DNA of 63,253 bases from Thermoplasmata archaeon (GCA_038880255.1 JAVZSA010000002.1:1-63253), one strand, 5' to 3'; positions 30,920 through 40,805 are shown, counted from the stretch's first letter. The notes: a model not told the origin generated them from the letters alone. Program-made: numbers and translations.

Positions 30920-31278
30920 AGATCGTCACACCTCTGCATATTAAAGTAAGGATATTTTACATCATACCTATTTATTGCATATTCAAGTCTATGTATGTAT
31001 CCATAAGCTGATTTTTTAGCATCTCCAATATTTTCCCTATTTAAAAGAAATGATTCAGGATATTCTTTAGCCAATTCTAAAATCTTTTCCTTTGCTTCGC
31101 AAATTGAAATTTTTTGTTCAAGAGCTTCAATATGTATTTCTGCCAATTTTGAAAGACCTTCTCTTATCCTATTTCCATACAATTTTTTCATCTTTTTTAA
31201 ACATTTATAGGTCTCATTAATTTCACCGTATATCAATGTTGTATTTAGCATAGAAATATAAAACAATTCCATTATCAT
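30916..31278 (-). CDS. hypothetical protein (120 aa), nuo-operon tail
   Basis: ATG 31278..31276 overlaps the nuoN TGA (31277..31275) as ATGA. Helical, no motif recognised. Confidence 0.4.
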   Translation of the reverse strand: MIMELFYISMLNTTLIYGEINETYKCLKKMKKLYGNRIREGLSKLAEIHIEALEQKISICEAKEKILELAKEYPESFLLNRENIGDAKKSAYGYIHRLEYAINRYDVKYPYFNMQRCDDL

Positions 31279-32669
31279 GGATTTACACCTCCCACAAACC
31301 ACATATTATGAATATAACCGAAGATAAATGGAGTCAATATACCCACCACAATTGTTAATATGGAGAGAATAAAGACAGCATATTCCACATTCCTATGATA
31401 TGTGATTGTTGTTGTGGAATCTTTCCAGTACATATACATTATAACCCTGAAATAATAATAAACAGATATTGCGGAATTTAAAACAGCAATTATTGCTAAC
31501 CACCAAAGATTTCCTTCAATAAGGCTAAGGAATAGGAAATATTTACCCATAAAACCTAATGTTGGAGGTATGCCTGCAAGGGAAAATAATAATATTGCAA
31601 ATGATAATGCTAATAAAGGCCTTTTTTTACCAAGTCCTGCCATACTTTCAAGTGAAGAACCTGAGGACTCAAAATCTTCCATTGTAAGAAATGCTCCACC
31701 TTTCATTAATATATATGCCATTGAGAAAAGAAGAATTGATGAGAGAGCTAATGAAAGTGCTTGATCTGTAGTTATTGTGAAAATTAAGGAAATATATCCT
31801 GCATTCGCCACACTGCTGTATGCAAGCATCCTTTTTACATCCTTTTGAACAAGGGCAGTTACATTTCCATATGTCATTGTAAGAATTGAAATTATTATGA
31901 AAAATAATTGGACATAATAGGAAAGTGAAATATCAAAAGTAAATATAAAGATCCTCACCATAATTGCAAGCGCCATCAATTTACTCGATGTGGACAAAAG
32001 TGCAGCAACTGGAGATCTTGCGCCTGTATATGTGTCTATTGCCCAACTATGAAATGGGAAAAGTGAGAGTTTAAAACCAAAACCTACAAGAAGTAATATA
32101 AGGGAAAGAAGGAATAATTCAGAATTTGATACAACACCCAACATAAATGTATTTGTGGATATAAAATAGAATGAAATACCAAAAATTATAAAAGCAGAGG
32201 ATAACGCGCCTATTACAAAAAATTTCATTGATGATTCCAAAGTTTTTCTTGATTTTGGATAGGATGCAAGTACATATGTAGACAAACTTGATGCTTCGAA
32301 TGTAATGAATATTGAAATTAAGTTGTTTGAATATGCTGCAAGAATCATAGCTCCTGTTGAAAACATTAGTAATGAATAGAATATTTCCGGATGTGAATAA
32401 TCAAAATGCATTGATGATATAGCTATTATTAACATTATAAATACGAATAAAATTGAGAAAATAGTACCTGCATCATCAAATACAAATAGCGTATCTGTGT
32501 AAACATTTCCAAAATTGAATATTAAAAATATGAAGGAAATAGATCCACCTAAGATTGTTATGTACGAAAAATGTTTATTATTGTTTGTTAAAAATGACCA
32601 TAGTATGGCAATAATACCAAATGAAAATAATATGAATGCTGGTAAAATTTTTAGGATAAGAATTTCCAT
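31275..32669 (-). CDS. nuoN: NADH-quinone oxidoreductase-type complex, subunit N
   Basis: Polytopic antiporter-like protein at the end of nuoLMN. Start taken at MEILILK (TAATG overlap with the nuoM stop). Confidence 0.85.
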   Translation of the reverse strand: MEILILKILPAFILFSFGIIAILWSFLTNNNKHFSYITILGGSISFIFLIFNFGNVYTDTLFVFDDAGTIFSILFVFIMLIIAISSMHFDYSHPEIFYSLLMFSTGAMILAAYSNNLISIFITFEASSLSTYVLASYPKSRKTLESSMKFFVIGALSSAFIIFGISFYFISTNTFMLGVVSNSELFLLSLILLLVGFGFKLSLFPFHSWAIDTYTGARSPVAALLSTSSKLMALAIMVRIFIFTFDISLSYYVQLFFIIISILTMTYGNVTALVQKDVKRMLAYSSVANAGYISLIFTITTDQALSLALSSILLFSMAYILMKGGAFLTMEDFESSGSSLESMAGLGKKRPLLALSFAILLFSLAGIPPTLGFMGKYFLFLSLIEGNLWWLAIIAVLNSAISVYYYFRVIMYMYWKDSTTTITYHRNVEYAVFILSILTIVVGILTPFIFGYIHNMWFVGGVNP

Positions 32670-34081
32670 TATGCAACACCTCCCAAATAGTATTGGAATA
32701 GAGAGTATATAGGAGTTGGATAAATTCCAAAAATTAATACCAAAAGGAATAGTATAAGCATTGGCCAAAATTCCCTTGGTATCATATCATCAATCTTCCC
32801 CAGATAATTATTGTATGGACCATATATCACCCTCTGAAGAGCCCATATATGATAACTAGCAGAAACTACTAGACCAAAAACAATAAGGAATGAAATGTAG
32901 GTTAATGTTTGCCAAGATCCTATCACAACAGAAAATTCTGCTACAAATCCGGCAAGGCCTGGTAAACCCAAGGATGCAAGAAAACCTCCAGTCATTAAAA
33001 ATGCAAGATTTGGCATCATTTTTGTAAGACCTCCAAGATCTCTTATGGCTCTTGTGCCTGTAGATCTTTCAATTGAACCTATAGTGCCAAAAATAATAGG
33101 TATTATTAGCCCATGTGCAAACATCATAAACATCCCACCAATGAGGGCCAGCACTGATCCAGAAACAAAATAAACGCCCAAGGATATTGATATGAATCCC
33201 ATATGACCTATACTTGTGTAGGCAGCCATTTTCTTTAAATCCTTTTGAGATAGAGCTGAAAATGCAGCATATATGAGGGTTAAAATTCCTAAAGATAATA
33301 TGAACCATCCTAAACTAACATCTTTAAAATGTATAAATATGGCAAAAAGACCATATGCACCCATTTTAGAAAGTAATCCTGAAAAAATCATGGATGATGT
33401 TGTAGGTGATTCAACGTATACATCTGGAGCCCAAGTATGTAGTGGAAATGTTGGCAACTTTATAAAAAATGCCAGGAAAAACCCTAGAACTACCACATAA
33501 TAGATATTACCTGAGGGTAAATTAGTAAAGAATGCATTAAAATCAAAATTAAATTTATTATTAATCAAATAGTATTGGTAGGAAACTATAAATATTGAAA
33601 CAAGCATTAAAACTGAACCAACATGAGTATAAATTAGAAATTTAAGTGCTGTATAATCCTTTCTTTTCTCTCCCCATTTTCCTATCATAAAGTAAGATGG
33701 TATTAAAACTAACTCCCAGAATATGTAAAAAATGAATATATTTTGAGTAAGAAACACTCCAAAGAGTGAAAATTCAAGAAACAAAATATATGAAAAGTAT
33801 GATGGTTCAATTGTTTTTTCCTGGTAAACTATTGCAATAAATACTATTATAGATACAAGCAATATTAGGGGATAGGAAAGGTATGTAACAGAAAGAGACA
33901 AGTCTATGCCTAAAAATTGTGAAGTTGTAAAAATGGTATTAATATAAAAATAAAAGATCACAGCAAAAATTACCATAATAAAGGATAATATTGATGATAC
34001 AAATTTTGCATTTTTACCGCTGAATAGAGGTATTATTGAAAATATGAGAGGTAATAGTAAAAGAAAAGGTAACAATATCAT
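32669..34081 (-). CDS. nuoM: complex I subunit M
   Basis: 470 aa antiporter-like. WELVLIPSYFMI, LHTWAPDVYVESPT. Confidence 0.9.
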   Translation of the reverse strand: MILLPFLLLLPLIFSIIPLFSGKNAKFVSSILSFIMVIFAVIFYFYINTIFTTSQFLGIDLSLSVTYLSYPLILLVSIIVFIAIVYQEKTIEPSYFSYILFLEFSLFGVFLTQNIFIFYIFWELVLIPSYFMIGKWGEKRKDYTALKFLIYTHVGSVLMLVSIFIVSYQYYLINNKFNFDFNAFFTNLPSGNIYYVVVLGFFLAFFIKLPTFPLHTWAPDVYVESPTTSSMIFSGLLSKMGAYGLFAIFIHFKDVSLGWFILSLGILTLIYAAFSALSQKDLKKMAAYTSIGHMGFISISLGVYFVSGSVLALIGGMFMMFAHGLIIPIIFGTIGSIERSTGTRAIRDLGGLTKMMPNLAFLMTGGFLASLGLPGLAGFVAEFSVVIGSWQTLTYISFLIVFGLVVSASYHIWALQRVIYGPYNNYLGKIDDMIPREFWPMLILFLLVLIFGIYPTPIYSLFQYYLGGVA

Positions 34082-34082
34082 T

Positions 34083-35960
34083 TTAAATCACCCCCAAAAT
34101 TTTACCTAGTAACAAAAATATTATTAGACCTAATATTAAAATTGTGGCATAATTTTGAACAATCCCTGTTTGTAATTTTCTTGTTATTGATGCAAAATAA
34201 TTGACACTCCTTCCAACCAAATTAACAAATCCATCCACCACATATTTATCAAACATTGATATTGTGTGGGATATGAAGACAATTATCCTATCCGCAATTA
34301 TGTTTGTATATAGATAATCAAGATAATACTTATATTTCACAATTGTATAAAAAATTCCTGATCTTCTTGCAACAGCTTCCGGTGAAAATCTCTTAGAACC
34401 ATAAAATATCCAAGCTAAATAAATGCCAAGAATAACCAATACGAGAGGTAATAACTCTATGTAAAGAGGTATTGTAATTGAGATTTTTTCACCGAAATAA
34501 TTATAGAATTGTTCTTGAAATACACCATAAATTAATGAAAGTATTGAAAGTATTATAAGAGGAATTAGCATCACCCAAGGTGGATCCTTAGCATGTTCTG
34601 CAGCATAACTTTTTGGTTTCCCAAGGGCAACTGTGAAAAACATTCTAAATGTATAAAGTGTAGTAAGAAAAGCACCAATAAGCAATAACAACCAGGAATA
34701 GAAAATACCTGGATTTTGTGTGGAAAAAAGATATGAGAGTGATATAATTTCGTCTTTACTGAAATAACCTGCGGTAGGTGGAAATCCTACCAATGTAAGG
34801 GCTCCTATAAACATAGTAGAAATTGTTATTGGCATCTTTTTCCACAAGCCTCCCATCTTTCTAATATCCCTTATATCAAGAAGTGAATACAGAATTGCGC
34901 CAGCTGAAAGAAACAGTAAAGCCTTGAGGAATGCATGCACTATAAGGTGATAAATACTTATAGATATGGTACTTTGATTTGCAACAATACCAAGTCCCAA
35001 TGCAGCCAACATATACCCTAACTGACTTATTGTTGAATAGGCAAGAATTCTTTTTATATCATTCATTACCAATCCCATTGTGCCTGCGAGAAATGCAGTG
35101 AATGCCCCTATATATAAAACTAAGTAACCTGCCCATGGAAGTGCAAATATGTATATTGGAAAGATTCTTGCAACGAGGTAAATACCCGCTGTTACCATTG
35201 TTGCAGCATGAATTAATGCAGAAACTGTTGTGGGGCCTTCCATTGCGTCAGGTATCCATACATGAAGAGGAAATTGTGCCGATTTCCCTGCAGCTCCTCC
35301 TAAAATTAATGCTCCTGCAAGTGCAAGCTGAAATTTATCAACATTATGAGCATTTTGTATTATTGTGGATACTGAGAGTGGATTTCCAAATTTGATAAAC
35401 TGCCAATAAAGTACTGCAAGTCCGAGAATTAATAAAACATCCCCTACCCTTGTAACAATGAATGCTTTTTTAGCAGCAGATGCAGCGTTTGGCTTAAACC
35501 ACCAAAATCCAATTAAAAGATAAGAACATAGTCCCACCAATTCCCAAAAGAGGAAAAACATTACCATATTTGCACTCAAAACAACACCAAGCATTCCCCC
35601 TGTGAATAGTGTTGTTTCAGCAAAATAAATATGTTTATTTGGATCTTTACCCATATAACCTATTGCAAACATATGTATAAGGAATGATACACCTGAAACC
35701 ATAAGGGCCATTGATATGGATAATGGATCAATATATATTCCCCAAGTAAAATTATAAAACCAAGAGGATTCATAATCAAAATATTTACCAATATAGTAAA
35801 TATAAAATGACAATAAAAATGATATGAAAATTGAGATTGTTGCTATTATTCCAGAGAGATTAATGATTTCCCTTTTTATTTTTCCTAATAAAAGAATTAC
35901 TGGAAACATTATAAGTGGAATAAGGAAAATTAAAATTCCGGCCAATACATAATCGTACAT
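34083..35960 (-). CDS. nuoL: complex I subunit L
   Basis: 625 aa antiporter-like with the long C-terminal extension. FWELVGLCSYLLIGFW, LHVWIPDAMEGPT. Confidence 0.9.
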   Translation of the reverse strand: MYDYVLAGILIFLIPLIMFPVILLLGKIKREIINLSGIIATISIFISFLLSFYIYYIGKYFDYESSWFYNFTWGIYIDPLSISMALMVSGVSFLIHMFAIGYMGKDPNKHIYFAETTLFTGGMLGVVLSANMVMFFLFWELVGLCSYLLIGFWWFKPNAASAAKKAFIVTRVGDVLLILGLAVLYWQFIKFGNPLSVSTIIQNAHNVDKFQLALAGALILGGAAGKSAQFPLHVWIPDAMEGPTTVSALIHAATMVTAGIYLVARIFPIYIFALPWAGYLVLYIGAFTAFLAGTMGLVMNDIKRILAYSTISQLGYMLAALGLGIVANQSTISISIYHLIVHAFLKALLFLSAGAILYSLLDIRDIRKMGGLWKKMPITISTMFIGALTLVGFPPTAGYFSKDEIISLSYLFSTQNPGIFYSWLLLLIGAFLTTLYTFRMFFTVALGKPKSYAAEHAKDPPWVMLIPLIILSILSLIYGVFQEQFYNYFGEKISITIPLYIELLPLVLVILGIYLAWIFYGSKRFSPEAVARRSGIFYTIVKYKYYLDYLYTNIIADRIIVFISHTISMFDKYVVDGFVNLVGRSVNYFASITRKLQTGIVQNYATILILGLIIFLLLGKILGVI

Positions 35961-35961
35961 T

Positions 35962-36264
35962 TTACCACCTCAGATCCATCAGGGATTTTAAACCTATTCC
36001 CTTTGTTTCTCTATATAATGCTACAAATAATGCAAATCCTACGGCAGATTCGGCTGCTGCTATTGCTATTGAGAATAGAACAAAAAGAATACCGTTGGCA
36101 TTGGCCAATTTTACTGCCCAAGCAACTATGTTTAAGTTCCCACTGTTTATAAGTATTTCAATACTTATGATTAATCTAATTCCACCTTTAACTGTTAGTA
36201 TACCATATAAACCAACTGTAAACATCATTAAGCTAATGGTTAAAACATATATCATCGGTATCAT
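35962..36264 (-). CDS. nuoK: complex I subunit K
   Basis: 100 aa, three TM helices. SIEILINSGNLN, AAAESAVGFAL. Confidence 0.9.
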   Translation of the reverse strand: MIPMIYVLTISLMMFTVGLYGILTVKGGIRLIISIEILINSGNLNIVAWAVKLANANGILFVLFSIAIAAAESAVGFALFVALYRETKGIGLKSLMDLRW

Positions 36265-36497
36265 CTTTTCTCCTCCTTTGAGGCAAGATAGAATGATCCT
36301 AACATTGAACCAACTAAAAGAAATGCCATAACAAGGAAAATTGAAGCATAGTACTTTAACGATAACAATGCAACAGAACTAAGATTTTCAACACCCCAAG
36401 AAATATTTCCAATATTTGAAGGGAAAAATAGATAAACAAAAATAAAGAAAAGAATTGATAATATTATTGCTGCAAAATTAATTTTCAACTTCCTCAC
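36261..36497 (-). CDS. nuoJ: complex I subunit J, C-terminal half (separate ORF, GTG start)
   Basis: 78 aa, two TM helices. Overlaps the N-half ORF by 20 nt in another frame. ATGA-type overlap with nuoK. Confidence 0.6.
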   Translation of the reverse strand: MRKLKINFAAIILSILFFIFVYLFFPSNIGNISWGVENLSSVALLSLKYYASIFLVMAFLLVGSMLGSFYLASKEEKR

Positions 36498-36726
36498 CTC
36501 TTGTAAGCATTATTGTAAATAAAATAAGTATAATGACTGCACCCACATATACAAGAATTTGTACCATAGCAAGAAATTGAGCATTTAATATAACATATAA
36601 TGAAGAAATTGAAAGGAGGAAAAATGTTAATGCTAAGGCAGCACGTAATAGATTTTTTTCACTTACTGCCCATATACCAAATGCCACACCTATTAGACCA
36701 ACAATAAGGAATATAATTTCAATCAT
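36478..36726 (-). CDS. nuoJ: complex I subunit J, N-terminal half
   Basis: 82 aa, three TM helices. NLLRAALALTFFLLSISSLYVILNAQFLAMVQILVYVGAVIIL is typical of the NuoJ N-terminus. Confidence 0.7.
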   Translation of the reverse strand: MIEIIFLIVGLIGVAFGIWAVSEKNLLRAALALTFFLLSISSLYVILNAQFLAMVQILVYVGAVIILILFTIMLTRGEEVEN

Positions 36727-37126
36727 GTCTCATCAGCTCCTTCTCACTTCTTGATAACCTATCAGGCAAATAATCCAAATCCTTGTCAAAATAGGCAAGT
36801 TCAAATTCATTTGATAATCTTATGGAACCTGTGGGGCAGACTTCTTGACATAACCCACAATAGGTACATACGCCAATGTTTACTGCAGGATAAATTTTTC
36901 TTTTATTTTTTCCATTATCATAATCGTAAAAAACCATATGATCTGCATGATTTGGGCATATTTGGGAACATAATGTACATCCTATACAAGTATCAAGATT
37001 TAGGATTACCCTCCCCCTAAACCTTTTGGTATGCCAAGGTATATTTTCTTCTGGATATTGTACAGTTACAGGTTTCCTAAATAGATGTTTTAATACTTGG
37101 ACCATTCCCTTAATTATACCCTTCAT
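36719..37126 (-). CDS. nuoI: complex I subunit I (2x[4Fe-4S])
   Basis: CIGCTLCSQICP and CTYCGLCQEVCP. Start taken at MKGIIKG, immediately after the nuoH stop. The track ORF extends upstream to 37204. Confidence 0.9.
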   Translation of the reverse strand: MKGIIKGMVQVLKHLFRKPVTVQYPEENIPWHTKRFRGRVILNLDTCIGCTLCSQICPNHADHMVFYDYDNGKNKRKIYPAVNIGVCTYCGLCQEVCPTGSIRLSNEFELAYFDKDLDYLPDRLSRSEKELMRHD

Positions 37127-37128
37127 TT

Positions 37129-38190
37129 CTAATACACCCCCAGAGTAACAAGAAGAACACTCCAGATAAGATTTATAATCGAAAGTGGAAGGAGGATCTT
37201 CCAACCAAAATTCATGAATTTATCTACTCTAATCCTGGGAAGAGCTATCCAAAGTGTCAAAAATATAAACATAAATATGAATGCCTTAATTAAAAGCCAG
37301 AAATAACCAGAACCAAAAATTATGAAATCACTGCCACCACCTAGATAAACAACAGAAATGAAAAGGGAAGCCAAAAAGACACTTCCAAAAACACCGAGAT
37401 AAAATACACCAAATCTTAAACCTGAATATTCAACATTAAATCCTGATACAAGTTCACTTTCGCTTTCTGGTAGATCAAATGGTACTACAGCCATTTTTGC
37501 CACCATGGAAACAAAAAAGACAAAAAAGCCTATTGGCTCTAAAATTGCTATAGGCCAAGGATTTTTTGCTATATATGCCAAATTTAATGAATTTCCGTAT
37601 CCTGAGAGAAGGATTACAACACCCAATGCTGAAATTACCATTGGTATTTCATAACTCAAATCCTGAGCTGCTGCCCTAAGAGCACCTAACATTGAAAATT
37701 TATTCCCTGAGGATAATCCAGCTATTATTTCACCTATTGGCGCAATTGCCGAAAATCCTATAATAAGAAGAAGTGTGTATTTTACATTTACAAATGTAAG
37801 ATCTATACCTAAAAGATTCCCATAGGGAATTATAAGATAAGATAAAACTAAAAATGTAAAAACAATATATGGAGCGAATCTAAATAAAATTGGATCGGCC
37901 CTATCAGGAATAATGTCCTCCTTTCCAAATATTTTTAATGCATCTGCAATTAGCTGAAATATTCCGTATGGGCCTACTCTATTTGGGCCTATCCTTTGTT
38001 GGAGGTCTGCCATATATTTTCTAAAAATGTAAATTACAACTATTATTGTAATGGATGCTGCCAACAATATTAATATGGAAGCTATTAAATAAACAAGTAT
38101 TTCCTGTAAATATTCTCCATATATACCGTATACACCAAAATTTATTCCTATATATTTTAAAATGAAATTTATAAAATCCAGTATATTCAT
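37129..38190 (-). CDS. nuoH: complex I subunit H
   Basis: 353 aa. QQRIGPNRVGPYG, ADALK, AAQDLSYEI, PFDLPESESELVSGFNVEYSG. Confidence 0.9.
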   Translation of the reverse strand: MNILDFINFILKYIGINFGVYGIYGEYLQEILVYLIASILILLAASITIIVVIYIFRKYMADLQQRIGPNRVGPYGIFQLIADALKIFGKEDIIPDRADPILFRFAPYIVFTFLVLSYLIIPYGNLLGIDLTFVNVKYTLLLIIGFSAIAPIGEIIAGLSSGNKFSMLGALRAAAQDLSYEIPMVISALGVVILLSGYGNSLNLAYIAKNPWPIAILEPIGFFVFFVSMVAKMAVVPFDLPESESELVSGFNVEYSGLRFGVFYLGVFGSVFLASLFISVVYLGGGSDFIIFGSGYFWLLIKAFIFMFIFLTLWIALPRIRVDKFMNFGWKILLPLSIINLIWSVLLVTLGVY

Positions 38191-39317
38191 CTGTCCACCT
38201 CCCCAAAAACTGGATCGAGTGTGGATAGAGTAGCCACCATATCCGCAATCTTTAATCCCCTTACCATTATATTTGTGGCGGAAAGGTTATGGAATGCTGG
38301 AGATCTTATCCTTACCCTGTAAGGTCTATATGTACCATCACCCACAATATATACCCCAAATTCTCCTCTTGGTGATTCTGTTCTAGAATAAACTTCACCC
38401 TTTCCTTTTATTTTTAAAAGGCCTTGTTTCCTGTAAACAGGATTAAAATATTCACCATCAGGCATTTTATCAAAAGCTTGTTTTGCAATTCTTAATGATT
38501 GTTTCATCTCCTCAATCCTTACCTTATATCTTGCATAGTTATCGCAATCGGATGATGTGGGAATTTCAAACTCCACCTTATCATAGTAAAGATATGGAAA
38601 TTTTTTCCTAATATCATATTTAATACCACTAGCCCTCAATACTGGCCCTGTTATGCTATAATTCATTGCATCTTCTGGTGAAAGGTAACCTATTCCTTTC
38701 ATCCTTTGAATAAATATTTCATTTTCATCAAATATTTTCTGTATTTCATCTAATCTTTTGGGAAATTCATTATAAAATTCCAAAAATTTTTCTTTAAATT
38801 CTCCCGGTATATCTTTATAAACACCACCAATACTTATATAATTATATGTTAGCCTAGCACCTGAAAGCATTTCAAAGATTTGAACTATTTTTTCTCTTTC
38901 CCTAAAGGTATAGAAAAATGGCGTTATCATACCAAGATCGAGACCCATTGTTCCCAGCCAAATAAGATGACTGGCAATTCTATTTAGTTCAGCCACCATC
39001 ATTCTTATCCATTGTGCCCTTTCTGGAACTGAGATATCAGCCAGTTTTTCCACAGCGAGAACATAACCTAGCTCCATGTTATGGTTACTAATATAATCCA
39101 ATCTATCAATATATATTAGAACTGATGGATAAAACTTACTTTCAGATAATTTTTCCGCATTTCTGTGTAGATATCCAATGATTGGCTGTGCCTCCACTAT
39201 TGTTTCACCATTTAATTTTACTTTCAGCCTCAGTACACCATGCGTGGATGGATGTTGAGGCCCAAAATTAACATCAATAATCCTTTCTTCCATCTTACCA
39301 CCCATCTTTTGGATCAA
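38187..39317 (-). CDS. nuoD: complex I subunit D
   Basis: 376 aa. NFGPQHPSTHGVLRL, ESPRGE, DPVFGEVDR. The true start may be the Met at 39293, just after the nuoC stop. Confidence 0.9.
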   Translation of the reverse strand: MIQKMGGKMEERIIDVNFGPQHPSTHGVLRLKVKLNGETIVEAQPIIGYLHRNAEKLSESKFYPSVLIYIDRLDYISNHNMELGYVLAVEKLADISVPERAQWIRMMVAELNRIASHLIWLGTMGLDLGMITPFFYTFREREKIVQIFEMLSGARLTYNYISIGGVYKDIPGEFKEKFLEFYNEFPKRLDEIQKIFDENEIFIQRMKGIGYLSPEDAMNYSITGPVLRASGIKYDIRKKFPYLYYDKVEFEIPTSSDCDNYARYKVRIEEMKQSLRIAKQAFDKMPDGEYFNPVYRKQGLLKIKGKGEVYSRTESPRGEFGVYIVGDGTYRPYRVRIRSPAFHNLSATNIMVRGLKIADMVATLSTLDPVFGEVDR

Positions 39318-39747
39318 AACTTACTGTGTCTGTACCATCCTCATTCATATTAACATACTGTTCCTTACTCATATCGTAATCTTTACGTAATGGATGACCT
39401 ACCCAACCCTCTGGAAGAAATATTCTTCTTAAATCCGGATGCCCTTCAAATTTTATTCCCATTAAATCATAGATTTCCCTTTCAAACCAATTAGCAGAAG
39501 CCCAAAGAGAAGTAGCACTTGGAAGAATATCATCCTTTGTTCTTACCTTTAAAACAATAATCTTATTTTCCATATATGAAGAAAGATGATAAACTACCTC
39601 TCTGTAATCAATATAATCAACTGCACTCATTAGAACTAGATAATTATAACCTTTTTCTTTCAAATCTTTTAAATGTTCTATTAATGATTCTTTATCAACA
39701 AGGATATAATCGTTACCATCCTTCATTTTTCCTTGATCTAAAATCAT
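39295..39747 (-). CDS. nuoC: complex I subunit C
   Basis: 150 aa. [25 protein letters not shown]. Confidence 0.9.
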   Translation of the reverse strand: MILDQGKMKDGNDYILVDKESLIEHLKDLKEKGYNYLVLMSAVDYIDYREVVYHLSSYMENKIIVLKVRTKDDILPSATSLWASANWFEREIYDLMGIKFEGHPDLRRIFLPEGWVGHPLRKDYDMSKEQYVNMNEDGTDTVSFDPKDGW

Positions 39748-40202
39748 CTTCCTGCCTCCCCTTTTCTAATTTTTTCCTGTAATTTGTTGATTGCATAAAT
39801 CAATGCCTCTGGAGTGGGAGGACAACCAGGGACATAAACATCAACAGGGATTATCTTATCCACACCCATAACAACTGAATATGCTCCTTGATATGGGCCT
39901 CCAGATGTAGCACAGGATCCATAAGCGATAACATACCTTGGTGATGCCATCTGTTCGTAAAGTCTTCTCACCCTTGGTGCCATCTTTTTTGTAACTGTTC
40001 CTGCAACTATCATCAAATCTGCCTGCCTAGGTGAAGCTCTAAAAATTTCACTACCAAATCTACCAATATCATAATGTGATCCCTGCGTACCCATCATTTC
40101 TATAGCACAACAGGCAAGTCCAAAAGTAAACGGCCATACAGAATTACTTCTTCCCCAATTTATAATTTCTTCTAATTTGGCAAAAAAAATTGAATCTGTC
40201 AT
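39744..40202 (-). CDS. nuoB: complex I subunit B (N2 cluster)
   Basis: 152 aa. [32 protein letters not shown]. Confidence 0.95.
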   Translation of the reverse strand: MTDSIFFAKLEEIINWGRSNSVWPFTFGLACCAIEMMGTQGSHYDIGRFGSEIFRASPRQADLMIVAGTVTKKMAPRVRRLYEQMASPRYVIAYGSCATSGGPYQGAYSVVMGVDKIIPVDVYVPGCPPTPEALIYAINKLQEKIRKGEAGR

Positions 40203-40203
40203 T

Positions 40204-40584
40204 TTATTTCCACTCCATATAACCTTTTTCTACTGCATATAATAAGCCAACAAGCATTATACCTATAAAAGTAAATGAAATTAAGTATTCTGGTATTAAA
40301 TTTCTTGCATCAAATGCCCAAGGTATTAAAAGCACAACAGCCACATCAAATACAGTAAACATAATTGCAACGAAATAATACTGTAAATGAATAGGGCCCT
40401 TGGCATCTCCTATAGTTTTTTCACCACATTCATAGGTATCATTCCTATATTTTTCTTTATGCTTCATAGAAATCTTATTTTCAATCCAAAGAAGCATAAA
40501 CACGGCAAACATTGTAAATAGGAATGCTACTGCTACAATTAAATATCCACCTAACATAGATATCTCACTAAACCTATAATACAA
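40204..40584 (-). CDS. nuoA: complex I subunit A
   Basis: 126 aa. YECGE motif and [15 protein letters not shown]. Start may be the internal Met10. Confidence 0.8.
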   Translation of the reverse strand: MYYRFSEISMLGGYLIVAVAFLFTMFAVFMLLWIENKISMKHKEKYRNDTYECGEKTIGDAKGPIHLQYYFVAIMFTVFDVAVVLLIPWAFDARNLIPEYLISFTFIGIMLVGLLYAVEKGYMEWK

Positions 40585-40695
40585 TTCAATATTTTAAAGA
40601 TTTCATTTTAACAAATCTAAAATTTTAAAATTTTTTTCTTAAATAATTGTATTTTATTGAAATTTTATGTTTATTTTTATAAAAAATTTTAAAAT

Positions 40696-40709
40696 GAAAA
40701 ATTTATTAA
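40696..40709 (+). promoter_or_regulatory. candidate BRE/TATA (GAAAAA TTTATTAA) for the C/D sRNA
   Basis: The TATA-like octamer 40702..40709 lies at about -29..-22 relative to the first stem nucleotide (40731), the usual archaeal spacing. The AT-rich background lowers its specificity. Confidence 0.3.
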
Positions 40710-40730
40710 GCAATTTGACATAAATAAATT

Positions 40731-40790
40731 GCCACAATGATGATCCCAATAAATACTGAAGGATGATGAAAGACGGGCGGGCTGAGTGGC
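40731..40790 (+). ncRNA. C/D box sRNA (2'-O-methylation guide)
   Basis: GCCAC-A-ATGATGA(C)-TCCCAATAAATA(12)-CTGA(D')-AGG-ATGATGA(C')-AAGACGGGCGGG(12)-CTGA(D)-GTGGC. Perfect boxes, 12-nt guides, 3-nt D'-C' spacer, complementary 5-bp terminal stem, intergenic location. Confidence 0.8.
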
Positions 40791-40805
40791 ATAAATGTGA
40801 ATAAT

